A stretch of 64,000 bases of DNA from Minisyncoccota bacterium (GTDB lineage Bacteria > Patescibacteriota > Minisyncoccia > Phycocordibacterales > Zambryskibacteraceae): contig DATDVZ010000010.1 of NCBI GenBank assembly GCA_036517475.1, positions 15,338 to 79,337 on the forward strand, given 5' to 3'. Below the pieces are notes generated by a model, which did no database searches, was not told the origin of the DNA, and saw only the letters and a list, made by a program, of their open reading frames with translations. How positions within the stretch are numbered: position 1 is the stretch's first letter; the number at the start of each line of letters is the position of its first letter. This document shows, in pieces, positions 27,769 through 36,946 of this stretch. The translations under genes were made by a program, and so were the position numbers.

Positions 27769-28269
27769 ATGAGACCAAATGTTAATTACAAAAAAAAGAG
27801 ACTCTTTACCCCGTTAGAGAAAACCCCAACTGGGTTTACTGCAATAGAAATCTTAATATCTGTGGCAATTCTTGCCGCCCTTGCAATTCTTACCTTCTCA
27901 TCATTTTCTAGCCTCTCTCAAAGCCAGATTTTGGAAAAAGAGTCTCTAAATGTTCTTTCAGCAATTGAAAAAGCCCGGTCAATGACTCTATCGTCAGAGA
28001 AGGATTCAGTGTGGGGGGTTCGTTTTGACACAGACTCCGTTGTAATTTTTAAGGAGAATTACTCTTCAGGAGACCCAGATAATATTACAATTGATCTTAA
28101 CTCTGGAGTTACGATAAGTTCCACCAACTTAAACGGGGGTGGAAGTAGTGTTATTTTTGAAAAATTAACTGGTGAAACACAAAACTTTGGTACTACCACA
28201 TTGAGATCTAAGATAAATTCAACAAAAAATATTATAATTTTAAGTACCGGAATAGCCCAAATAAAATGA
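27769..28269 (+). CDS. prepilin-type N-terminal domain protein (pilin/pseudopilin)
   Basis: GFTAIEILISVAILAALA class III signal motif. Confidence 0.6.
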   Translation: MRPNVNYKKKRLFTPLEKTPTGFTAIEILISVAILAALAILTFSSFSSLSQSQILEKESLNVLSAIEKARSMTLSSEKDSVWGVRFDTDSVVIFKENYSSGDPDNITIDLNSGVTISSTNLNGGGSSVIFEKLTGETQNFGTTTLRSKINSTKNIIILSTGIAQIK

Positions 28270-28751
28270 TAAAGTTCAAACAACAAAAAAAGGAAGGGCT
28301 AGCATTACTTGAGGCAGTTATTGCTACTTCAATTGTTGTTTTGTTTCTCTCGTCCCTAATTGGCGCTTACAACCTTTATCTGCGAGTTTCTCTAGAAAAT
28401 TTAAGAAAAGTCCAGGCAACTTTTCTGGCAGAAGAAGGAGTTGAGGCGCTGAGACTGCTACGGGACAACTCCTGGTCAAATATTTCAAACTTGTCTCTTA
28501 CTACTGATTACAAACTAGTTTGGAACGGCGTTTCTTGGGCAACCACAACAAACACTATTGTGAGTGATGGCAAATTTTTCAGAACATTCAGACTGGGAGA
28601 AGTGCTGAGAGATTCTAATTCTGACATAGTTTTAAGCAGTGGAACAAGCGATCAAAACAGTCGAAAAATTACAGTCAAGGTTGAGTGGAACGAACACGGA
28701 GCTACTAGTACAAAAATTATTGAGGCTTATACTAGTAATCTTTTTAACTGA
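28266..28751 (+). CDS. prepilin-like minor pilin
   Basis: EGLALLEAVIATSIVVLFL N-terminal motif. Confidence 0.5.
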   Translation: MIKFKQQKKEGLALLEAVIATSIVVLFLSSLIGAYNLYLRVSLENLRKVQATFLAEEGVEALRLLRDNSWSNISNLSLTTDYKLVWNGVSWATTTNTIVSDGKFFRTFRLGEVLRDSNSDIVLSSGTSDQNSRKITVKVEWNEHGATSTKIIEAYTSNLFN

Positions 28752-29272
28752 TGGCTATTCAAACAAAAAAAATTTATAAGAGGGGAACTTCAATTGTGGA
28801 AATGCTTATTTACTTAGCAATTCTTTCATTTTTGCTTGTTGTAATCGTCAGCCTGCTTTCAAACTTGCTAAATTCCCAAAAAAGATCCAATGCCTCAAGG
28901 AATGTCGAAAGAGCTGGTATTTTCGCAATCGAAAGAATAGTCAGGGAGATCCGCAATGCCTCAAGTGTTGATACGGCCGGATCTGTTCTTTCCTCAAATC
29001 CGGGAGTACTGAAGTTAAATTACACATCCGGAGGCGCCAGTCATAACGTGAGATTCTATCTTGAGAACGGCATTTTATATCTGGAGGAAGACGGCAACCT
29101 TGTGGGAGCGCTAACTAATGACAAATCTAGGCTTACAAATTTGGTTTTTTATAGAATTTTAAGTTCAAATTCTGAGGCAATAAAAGTTGAAGTGACTGCG
29201 GAATCAGGCCTTGAGGAAGCGTATAAATCGGCAAATTTCTTTACCACTGCTGTTATGCGTGGCTCATATTAA
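28751..29272 (+). CDS. prepilin-like minor pilin
   Basis: RGTSIVEMLIYLAILSFLLVV N-terminal motif. Confidence 0.55.
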   Translation: MAIQTKKIYKRGTSIVEMLIYLAILSFLLVVIVSLLSNLLNSQKRSNASRNVERAGIFAIERIVREIRNASSVDTAGSVLSSNPGVLKLNYTSGGASHNVRFYLENGILYLEEDGNLVGALTNDKSRLTNLVFYRILSSNSEAIKVEVTAESGLEEAYKSANFFTTAVMRGSY

Positions 29273-29420
29273 TATGAAAAATATTTTTGAAAAAATTTTG
29301 AAAGACTATAAGAGTTATTACGGGCTCGGCCACCGAAATCCCGCCACGGCGGGATTAGACGGCCAAGCCCCGTTAGAAACTTTTAATTCAAAAGATAAGC
29401 AAAATCATGATCGATTTCAA

Positions 29421-31157
29421 ATGGGGCAAGCAATGATAATAGCTGTTATGTTATTCGTCTTTATCTCACTTGTAGTATTAATGGGTATAGTTGGACCCTC
29501 CCTACGGCAAAAGGCAATCGTGGCTGATTTACTGCAGTCCAGAGACAGTTATTTTTTGGCTGAATCCGGAACAGAGGATGTGATTTACAGACTCAAAAAT
29601 AATCTGCCTGTTGCCTCAAACGGTCAGACAACAAACATTTCAGGAAAGGTTGGGACAACAAATACGGTCGATGCCGGCGGCACAAAAACTGTCACAACAG
29701 TAGCCGACTGGAACGGCAGAATAAGAAAAGTCTCAGTTGAGCTAAACGCCGGTGTCGGAATTTCATTCAGCTACGGAATTCAAACTGGTTACGGCGGTCT
29801 GATTCTGAGTAACAATGCAGGTATAAACGGCAATGTTTATGCCAATGGAAATATTTTTGGGGAAAATGGATCATTTATTACCGGCGGGGCAATAGCTGCC
29901 AACAGTCCTTCTCTTACGGCGGATCAAAGCAATCTTCAACCAACTTCGCCGCCCCATTCAATTAAATTCAGAGACACGTCGGGAACTCAGGACTTGGGAC
30001 AAAAATTTCAGGTAAGCACCACTGCGCCGTTAAACAAACTGCAGTTTTATATAAAAAAGAACGGAAGTCCCTCAAGTGCGACTGTAAAAGTAGTAAATGA
30101 CAACGGCGATAAGCCCGGAACAACTGTATATGCTTCTGGTTCGCTTATCTCATCTCAAGTAACAACAAACTATTCTCTTGTTGATGTGGTTTTGACTTCA
30201 AACCCCTCCCTTCTTCTTAATACAAACTACTGGGTAGTAATTGATAACAGTAGCCAGTCCACTACCAACTACTACACTGTTGCAGCAAACACTTTTTATG
30301 CTTCAGGTTACGCAAAAGTCGGTCAGCAGGGCGGCACATGGAATAACACTTCACCTTCAGCGCTTGACTCCTATTTTTCTGTTCTTGTCGGCGGAACTGT
30401 GGCAACTATAAGCGGAGTAACCATAGGATCGGCAGGCACGGGGGATGCATGGGCTCACATTGTAAACAACTCATCAATAGCTGGAAACCTTTACTGCCAT
30501 ACTGGTTCAAACAACAACAAATCCTGCAATACCTCACGATCTGATCCGAGTCAGCAGCCTTTTCCAATCTCTCAGGGTAATATTGACCAATGGAAAACTG
30601 AAGCTGAATCCGGAACTATATTCAACGGCAATAAAACAATAACTTCAACAAATGCGAGTCTTGGGCCTATGAAAATTGTTGGGAATCTAACTATTTCAAA
30701 CAATGCTACTCTGACGGTAACCGGAACAATATGGGTTACTGGTGATGTAAGTACTTCAAACAACGTTAACGTTCGGCTCTCACCTTCATACGGAGCCGGA
30801 AGTGGAGTGATAGTAACTGACGGAAAGATAAACATTTCCAACAATGCCACCTTCAGCGGCTCAGGAACACAAGGAAGTTATCTGATGGTCCTTTCTACAA
30901 GCAACTGTCCGACAGGACCATCATGCGGCGGTAGTAATGCAGTAAGTGTTGGCAATAATGCCGGCGCAGTAATCCTAGTTGCCCAAGACGGAACAATATA
31001 TTTCAGCAATAACGCTGGTGCAAAAGAGGTAATAGCTGGCAAACTTTCTTTGAGCAATAACGCCGTAATTACATATGAAAGCGGCCTCATTGATCTAAAC
31101 TTTACTAACGGACCTTCCGGGGGTTGGGATATCTTAAACTGGACTGAAACAGAATAA
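29421..31157 (+). CDS. large PilX-like minor pilin / pilus-associated beta-rich adhesin
   Basis: N-term GQAMIIAVMLFVFISLVVLMG resembles the PilX N-domain, then a Ser/Thr/Asn-rich beta region. The ORF-track start 29211 was rejected because the upstream part is a GC-rich hairpin region. Confidence 0.5.
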   Translation: MGQAMIIAVMLFVFISLVVLMGIVGPSLRQKAIVADLLQSRDSYFLAESGTEDVIYRLKNNLPVASNGQTTNISGKVGTTNTVDAGGTKTVTTVADWNGRIRKVSVELNAGVGISFSYGIQTGYGGLILSNNAGINGNVYANGNIFGENGSFITGGAIAANSPSLTADQSNLQPTSPPHSIKFRDTSGTQDLGQKFQVSTTAPLNKLQFYIKKNGSPSSATVKVVNDNGDKPGTTVYASGSLISSQVTTNYSLVDVVLTSNPSLLLNTNYWVVIDNSSQSTTNYYTVAANTFYASGYAKVGQQGGTWNNTSPSALDSYFSVLVGGTVATISGVTIGSAGTGDAWAHIVNNSSIAGNLYCHTGSNNNKSCNTSRSDPSQQPFPISQGNIDQWKTEAESGTIFNGNKTITSTNASLGPMKIVGNLTISNNATLTVTGTIWVTGDVSTSNNVNVRLSPSYGAGSGVIVTDGKINISNNATFSGSGTQGSYLMVLSTSNCPTGPSCGGSNAVSVGNNAGAVILVAQDGTIYFSNNAGAKEVIAGKLSLSNNAVITYESGLIDLNFTNGPSGGWDILNWTETE

Positions 31158-31189
31158 TTATATGAAAATTTTCAAATTAGAATTACATC

Positions 31190-31951
31190 ATGTCTAAACG
31201 ACTAATCATTGCAAACTGGAAAATGAACCCCACTACTTTAATTGAGGCGAAAAAAATCTTCATTAAATCAAAACTACTGTCGGCAAAATTAAAAAAAACA
31301 TCAATAATAGTTTGTCCACCATCTGTATACCTATCAGCTTTCAGAATTAAAAAATCACAAAAATTTTCTTTAGGTGCACAGGATATTTTCTGGAAATTAA
31401 GCGGAGCCCATACCGGAGAAATTTCTCCTCTCATGATTGCAAACTTAGGGGCGAGCTTCTGTATTGTTGGCCACTCAGAAAGACGAATTCTGGGTGAAAC
31501 TGATGAAGTTGTTTCAAAAAAATTGAGATCTCTATTTAAGGAAAAAATTACTCCAATACTTTGTGTGGGTGAAAGAGAAAGAGACGTTCAGGGGCACTAT
31601 CTAGAGACTTTATCAGCTCAGATAAGAGGTTCACTACGCAGTGTGGAAAGAAAGAATGCTTCAAAATTAATCATAGCCTACGAACCAATCTGGGCAATAG
31701 GCAAAACTGCTGACGACGCAATAAATCCACGTAAATTGCATGAAATGGTCATATTTGTCCGCAAAGTTCTTGCGCAAATTTTCGGCGCTGAAACTGCAAA
31801 AAAAATCAGAATTCTCTACGGGGGTTCTGTTGAGGGCAAAAATGCGCATGAACTTATATCAAACGGCCATGTTTCAGGTTTTCTTGTGGGACACGCCTCG
31901 CTTGATATGCGGGAATTTAGCGAAATTATTAAAGCAGTAGAAAAATCTTAA
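31190..31951 (+). CDS. tpiA: triosephosphate isomerase
   Basis: NWKMN, GHSERR, AYEPIWAIGKTA catalytic motifs. Confidence 0.9.
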   Translation: MSKRLIIANWKMNPTTLIEAKKIFIKSKLLSAKLKKTSIIVCPPSVYLSAFRIKKSQKFSLGAQDIFWKLSGAHTGEISPLMIANLGASFCIVGHSERRILGETDEVVSKKLRSLFKEKITPILCVGERERDVQGHYLETLSAQIRGSLRSVERKNASKLIIAYEPIWAIGKTADDAINPRKLHEMVIFVRKVLAQIFGAETAKKIRILYGGSVEGKNAHELISNGHVSGFLVGHASLDMREFSEIIKAVEKS

Positions 31952-31965
31952 TCCTGAACGACATC

Positions 31966-33075
31966 ATGCGTTTTGTAAAAGACATAGGTGACATAAAAGG
32001 TAAAACAATTTTACTCCATCTTGATTTAAATGTTGAAATTTTAGGCAATGAGGTGGCCGATGACTTCAGAATCAAGAAATCGATGCCACTAATTGATTTT
32101 TTGAGAAATAAGGGAGCAAATTTGATTTTTGCAAGCCATATTGACCCAGACCCGGAAACTTCCTTGCGACCAGTTTTTGAATATTTGAAAAAACAGTTAC
32201 CTGTTGTCCTCCTGGAAGACTATTTTCCAGAAGCTCCTGATCTTAATGTTCATTTTGCAAAAGGTAATATTGTTCTCCTAGAAAATCTGCGTAAGTACAA
32301 AGAAGAAAAGGAGAATGACGAAAATTTCGCGCGGCATTTGGCATCATTTGCAGACTTTTTTGTGAATGAGGCTTTCTCAATTTCCCATCGCAAACACGCT
32401 TCAATTGTCGGCATCCCAAAATATCTCCCGAGTTTTGCTGGTTTTGCCTTTGAAGAAGAAATGGTTAATTTGAGCAGAGCTTTTAGTCCTCCGCATCCTT
32501 TTTTATTTGTTCTGGGCGGGGCTAAATTTGATACAAAACTTCCGCTTTTGAAGAGGTTTTTTAATTTAGCTGACTCAATCTTTATTGGCGGAGCACTAGC
32601 CAATGATTTTTTGAAAGCTAGGGGCTATAGTGTCGGAAAATCTCTTGTTTCAACGGAAAATATTAATTTAGATGAATTTCCTGAAGATAAGTTAATTATG
32701 CCAATAGATGTGGTCGTAAAAAATTCAAATGGTTTATCTACAAAAAAGATTGAAGAAGTGATTGCACAAGATTGCATAGTAGATGTTGGTCTGCAGTCTG
32801 TAACTGCGTTATATTCAACCATTGAAAATGCAAATTTTATTCTTTGGAACGGACCCTTGGGTAATTATGAGGAAGGCTTTAAACAAGCAACTCTGACTTT
32901 GGCAAAAAAAATTGCGGAAGCAAGTGCAACTTCAATTGTTGGTGGCGGAGATACTATCGCATCTATCGCAGAACTTGGGTTAGGAGATAAATTTTCTTTT
33001 ATTTCTACCGGCGGTGGTGCAATGCTTGAATTTTTAGCCAACGAAACCTTGCCAGGTATAGAGGCTTTGGGCTAG
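31966..33075 (+). CDS. pgk: phosphoglycerate kinase
   Basis: 369 aa; FVLGGAKFDTKL, ILWNGPLGNYE, GGGDTIASI motifs. Confidence 0.85.
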   Translation: MRFVKDIGDIKGKTILLHLDLNVEILGNEVADDFRIKKSMPLIDFLRNKGANLIFASHIDPDPETSLRPVFEYLKKQLPVVLLEDYFPEAPDLNVHFAKGNIVLLENLRKYKEEKENDENFARHLASFADFFVNEAFSISHRKHASIVGIPKYLPSFAGFAFEEEMVNLSRAFSPPHPFLFVLGGAKFDTKLPLLKRFFNLADSIFIGGALANDFLKARGYSVGKSLVSTENINLDEFPEDKLIMPIDVVVKNSNGLSTKKIEEVIAQDCIVDVGLQSVTALYSTIENANFILWNGPLGNYEEGFKQATLTLAKKIAEASATSIVGGGDTIASIAELGLGDKFSFISTGGGAMLEFLANETLPGIEALG

Positions 33076-33102
33076 TTTGCTTGAATTTTAAATAAAGAAA
33101 AT

Positions 33103-33124
33103 GCACGGACTTCTTAGTCCGTGC
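33103..33124. terminator. hairpin gcacggact-tctt-agtccgtgc between pgk and a minus-strand small gene
   Basis: 9-bp GC-rich stem. Confidence 0.5.
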
Positions 33125-33371
33125 GGCGACTTTCTCTTATCACTCTCCTTATATGTTTCTGGGTGTTCCAGCGTCTCCACCCCAGGATTAGGAATATTGT
33201 CCCCGGCATTGCACCAAGAACAGTTCCAGTAGCGCGGAGAACCCATTTGGATGTGGGACTCAGTGGTGGGGTTTCTAAAAAAGATCTGAGCCAAAATGCT
33301 CCTGCAACAACAAAAAGTAGTAACCCCACCAAGATGTCTTGTCGGATGGGATTTGAGGAACGAGGTGTCAC
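33114..33371 (-). CDS. small 2-TM membrane protein (GC-rich)
   Basis: 85 aa; doubtful, the region is GC-rich and has an overlapping plus-strand ORF. Confidence 0.3.
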   Translation of the reverse strand: MTPRSSNPIRQDILVGLLLFVVAGAFWLRSFLETPPLSPTSKWVLRATGTVLGAMPGTIFLILGWRRWNTQKHIRRVIRESRRTD

Positions 33372-33493
33372 AACATGCTCCCGGTTAAGGTTCTATTGAA
33401 AGTCTAGCTTATTAAATTTAACTTTCAAGTTGTTTCATTTTTGTTCTAATCTTCTCTCCGATTTATTCAATTTTTAGAGAACTGTCATGTTTT

Positions 33494-33931
33494 TTACTGC
33501 CCCCGAATCCTTTCACAGATTTGCTCAAGAGTTTCTGTCGGTGGATTGTGAACAATAGTTTGCATGATTCCACCCTTATCATTTTCCCAACGTGGAATTA
33601 TATGAATATGAAGGTGAGGAACACCCCGTTTTTCCATGTGGTTTATGCCAATTGTAAGTGAATCTGGAGAAAGAGCGAGAGAAATTTTTTCTGAGACTTT
33701 TTTAACCGAAGCCATAATTAAACCCAACTCCTTTTCTTCGAAATCTAAAATTGATTCCCCGTGTTTTTTAGGAATAACCATCGTGTGACCGGGGGCTGAT
33801 GGTTTTATTTCCAAAAAAGCTATTGTGTTTTCATTTTCAAATATAATTTCAGCGGGAATCTCTTTCTTAATAATATTACAGAACACGCAACTTGCCCGTT
33901 CAGAATTTTCACTCGCCTCAGTTTTTATCAT
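33494..33931 (-). CDS. HIT-family (histidine triad) hydrolase
   Basis: 145 aa; HLHIHIIPR triad. Confidence 0.85.
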   Translation of the reverse strand: MIKTEASENSERASCVFCNIIKKEIPAEIIFENENTIAFLEIKPSAPGHTMVIPKKHGESILDFEEKELGLIMASVKKVSEKISLALSPDSLTIGINHMEKRGVPHLHIHIIPRWENDKGGIMQTIVHNPPTETLEQICERIRGQ

Positions 33932-34075
33932 AATATTGGGTTTCTATCTTAACCTTATAAATTGGTGAGTGGTATCAATTTTTAAAAAATTCTGTGTGGG
34001 TTTGGATCAATGTTATTCATAAAATAATCATACAATATAAAGTAAGAATTACATTCTAGTGTTACAATATCCTGC

Positions 34076-35827
34076 ATGTCCACAGATCTAGCTAGACCTG
34101 AAATTTCAGTTGATAATAGCCTTGAAATCTATCCGGAATTCTTAAGAAAACTTCTTTTAAACCGCGGAATCACAAATCTAGAGGAAGCACAAAATTTTTT
34201 GGAGCCTGACTATGAAAACCACCTGCATGACCCTTATTTGTTAAAGGATATTGAAAAAGCAGTTGAGAGAATCCTAAAAGCTGTTGAAACTGGTGAAAAA
34301 ATATTAATTTACAGCGATTACGACGCGGATGGGATTCCGGGTGGAGTAATTTTGCGCGAATTTTTTGAAAGAATTGGGCATAAAAACGTTGAAAATTATA
34401 TACCTGACCGCCACGAAGAAGGCTTTGGAGTCCATAAACAGGCGGTTGAAAATTTTGCAAAGGAAGGAATTAAACTTTTAATTACAGTTGACTGCGGAAC
34501 AGCGGACGTGGAATCCATCAACCGCGCCGTAGAACTCGGCCTTGACGTAATCATAACTGACCACCACGAGCCAAACGGTCATTTTCCAAAAGCTTGCGCC
34601 ATTATTAATCCCAAACAAAAAGACTGCCATTATCCTTTCAAAGAACTTTGCGGAAGCGGAGTTGTTTATAAGCTAATTCAGGCAATTCTTGCAAAAAACC
34701 GTTTTGAAATGAAAGAGGGATACGAAAAATGGTTTTTGGACTTAGTGGGACTTGCCACTTTATCTGACATGGTCCCGCTAGTGGGTGAAAATCGGGTGCT
34801 CTCCCACTACGGGCTCAAAGTAATCCGCAAATCACCACGCCCCGGACTTCAAAAGCTTTTCAGTAAAGTTAGAATTAGCCAGCCGAATATAAATGAAGAT
34901 GATATTACTTTTTCAGTAACGCCGCGCCTCAATGCCGCATCCCGTATGGGGCACCCCATGGATGCTTTTAAACTTCTGAGAACCAAAGATGAGATTGAAG
35001 CAGATCAATTGAGCGATTATCTCAATCGCATCAATGATGAACGCAAGGGGGTTGTGGCAGCTATTGTAAAAGATATTAAAAAACATTTAAAAGAAAGAGG
35101 TGAACTTAAAAAAGTAATTGTTCACGGCAACCCAGAATGGAAGCCAGCACTTCTTGGTCTTGCGGCAAGCTCAGTCATGGCAGATTTTCCGAGAACAATT
35201 TTCCTTTGGGGCAGAAATGGCGATTCTATTATCAAGGGTTCGTGCCGCTCCGAAGGCAATATCAATCTGATGGCTCTTATGGAGAGCGCAAAAGATTCGT
35301 TTCTGCAATTTGGTGGACATAAATTAGCGGGGGGTTTTTCAATTTCAACTGAAAAGGTCCATACTCTTGAAGATGAGCTCAACCGAGCGTATGAAAAATT
35401 GTTTCCGGTACACCACGAGAGTTCCCCTCAGATTTCAATTCCCGAGGGGAACTCTCGTGGCTCTGATGAAAACTGGATTGATATGAAGTTAAATTTAAAT
35501 GATGTGAACTGGGACACATATAAGCACATTGAAAGACTCGCGCCATTTGGCATCGGCAATCCCAAACCCACTTTTCTTTTTGAAAATGTTTCACCGAAAA
35601 CTGTTAAGCAGTTTGGCAAAGAGAAAAATCACCTAGAGTTAATCTTTTCCGCCCCAGGCGGATCCGCCTCTGGCGGAGCAATATCTGCCATAGCTTTTTT
35701 CAAAAGACCTGAAAGTTTTGAAACAAAACTTGAGGAGGGTAAACCCATTAACCTCATAGCCACATTTGAAAAATCGAATTTTAGAAACTATCCGCAATTG
35801 CGACTGCATATAGTTGACATTGTGTAA
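34076..35827 (+). CDS. recJ: single-stranded-DNA-specific exonuclease RecJ
   Basis: 583 aa; DHH motifs (YSDYDADGI, ITDHHEP), DHHA1 GGHKLAGG. Confidence 0.85.
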   Translation: MSTDLARPEISVDNSLEIYPEFLRKLLLNRGITNLEEAQNFLEPDYENHLHDPYLLKDIEKAVERILKAVETGEKILIYSDYDADGIPGGVILREFFERIGHKNVENYIPDRHEEGFGVHKQAVENFAKEGIKLLITVDCGTADVESINRAVELGLDVIITDHHEPNGHFPKACAIINPKQKDCHYPFKELCGSGVVYKLIQAILAKNRFEMKEGYEKWFLDLVGLATLSDMVPLVGENRVLSHYGLKVIRKSPRPGLQKLFSKVRISQPNINEDDITFSVTPRLNAASRMGHPMDAFKLLRTKDEIEADQLSDYLNRINDERKGVVAAIVKDIKKHLKERGELKKVIVHGNPEWKPALLGLAASSVMADFPRTIFLWGRNGDSIIKGSCRSEGNINLMALMESAKDSFLQFGGHKLAGGFSISTEKVHTLEDELNRAYEKLFPVHHESSPQISIPEGNSRGSDENWIDMKLNLNDVNWDTYKHIERLAPFGIGNPKPTFLFENVSPKTVKQFGKEKNHLELIFSAPGGSASGGAISAIAFFKRPESFETKLEEGKPINLIATFEKSNFRNYPQLRLHIVDIV

Positions 35828-35830
35828 TTA

Positions 35831-36088
35831 TTGTTTATTCTTTCTTTTGGATCTATTCAGGAGGTAGTGATGGTCAAGTCTTTGTTCGTAATTTCTTTAG
35901 TAAATATAATTAAATCTCCCCACGCAACTTTCTTGCTGGGAATGCTGATACTTGGATTTATTGTCATATTAGATCCTACTATTGGTGATACAAAAGTCTG
36001 GAGACTTGCTTTTGTACTAAATTTCCTATGGGGAGTATTTGGACCTTATATATTGGGGTGGATAAGAAAGGAAAAAACCCATAGCTAA
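35831..36088 (+). CDS. small 2-TM membrane protein
   Basis: 85 aa. Confidence 0.3.
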   Translation: MFILSFGSIQEVVMVKSLFVISLVNIIKSPHATFLLGMLILGFIVILDPTIGDTKVWRLAFVLNFLWGVFGPYILGWIRKEKTHS

Positions 36089-36118
36089 TTGCTAAGGGTT
36101 TTTTGTTATACTTTTTTA

Positions 36119-36883
36119 ATGAAAATAACTATTTTTACTGATGGTGCGGCCAGAGGAAATCCAGGTCCCGGCGGATGGGGAGCAATCGTTATTTTTCCAG
36201 TAAGAAAGACACCGATTGCGAATAACAATCGAATAACGAATAAGGAATGGGTGCAAGAACTCGGCGGATCGGAAAAACACACGACCAATAATCGAATGGA
36301 GCTCACTGCAGTTATAAAGGCGCTTGAATTTATATCTAAAAAAATCGTTATTCCTAATTCCTCATTCATAATTCTTCTTTGCACCGATTCCTCCTACGTC
36401 ATGCGTGGTGCAAAGACCTGGGTTCATGATTGGGCTAAAAACAAGTGGAAAACAAAGCAAAAAAAGGATGTTTTGAATAAAGATTTATGGAAAAAATTTT
36501 TAAAAGTCAGTAAAGACTTTAATATTGGATGGAAATTATTGCCTGGACACTCTGGAATTCCCGCAAATGACCGCTGTGACCAAATTGCAACTGCATTTGC
36601 AGATAACAAGAAGCCAAAACTATATTCTGGAATTCTGCAGAATTATGGAATAGATATTCAAGGTCGAATCTTAAGAATCCCTAAAGGTTCGACCTTAATT
36701 TCAAAGAAGAAAAGAAGTTCCTCAAAACCATATTCATACGTCAGTTTAGTCGGTGGAATTGTGCAAACTCACGTCACCTGGGCAGAGTGCGAGAGACGTG
36801 TAAAAGGTGTAAGTAATGCTAAATTTAAAAAATCAATTTCTTTTGAGGACGAGCAATTAATAATTAATAGGTTCAGAGTTTAA
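36119..36883 (+). CDS. rnhA: ribonuclease HI with C-terminal RNA-DNA hybrid-binding (HBD/Cauli_VI-like) domain
   Basis: TIFTDGAARGNPGPGGWG, NNRMELTAV, CTDSSYV, HSGIPANDRCDQ catalytic core, plus C-term YSYVSLVGGIVQTHVTWAECERRVKGVSNAKFKKSISFEDEQ. Confidence 0.75.
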   Translation: MKITIFTDGAARGNPGPGGWGAIVIFPVRKTPIANNNRITNKEWVQELGGSEKHTTNNRMELTAVIKALEFISKKIVIPNSSFIILLCTDSSYVMRGAKTWVHDWAKNKWKTKQKKDVLNKDLWKKFLKVSKDFNIGWKLLPGHSGIPANDRCDQIATAFADNKKPKLYSGILQNYGIDIQGRILRIPKGSTLISKKKRSSSKPYSYVSLVGGIVQTHVTWAECERRVKGVSNAKFKKSISFEDEQLIINRFRV

Positions 36884-36946
36884 ATGATTAATCTATTCTC
36901 TTATTCGTGAGAATAAGAGAATAGATTTGAAAAAAGTCTCAGGAAA

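Noticed and set aside
33121-33399. Plus-strand 92-aa ORF overlapping the minus-strand small membrane ORF in the GC-rich patch after pgk
   Set aside because: Mutually exclusive overlapping ORFs in a GC-rich segment. Neither has supporting signals; the minus-strand one is kept at low confidence only.
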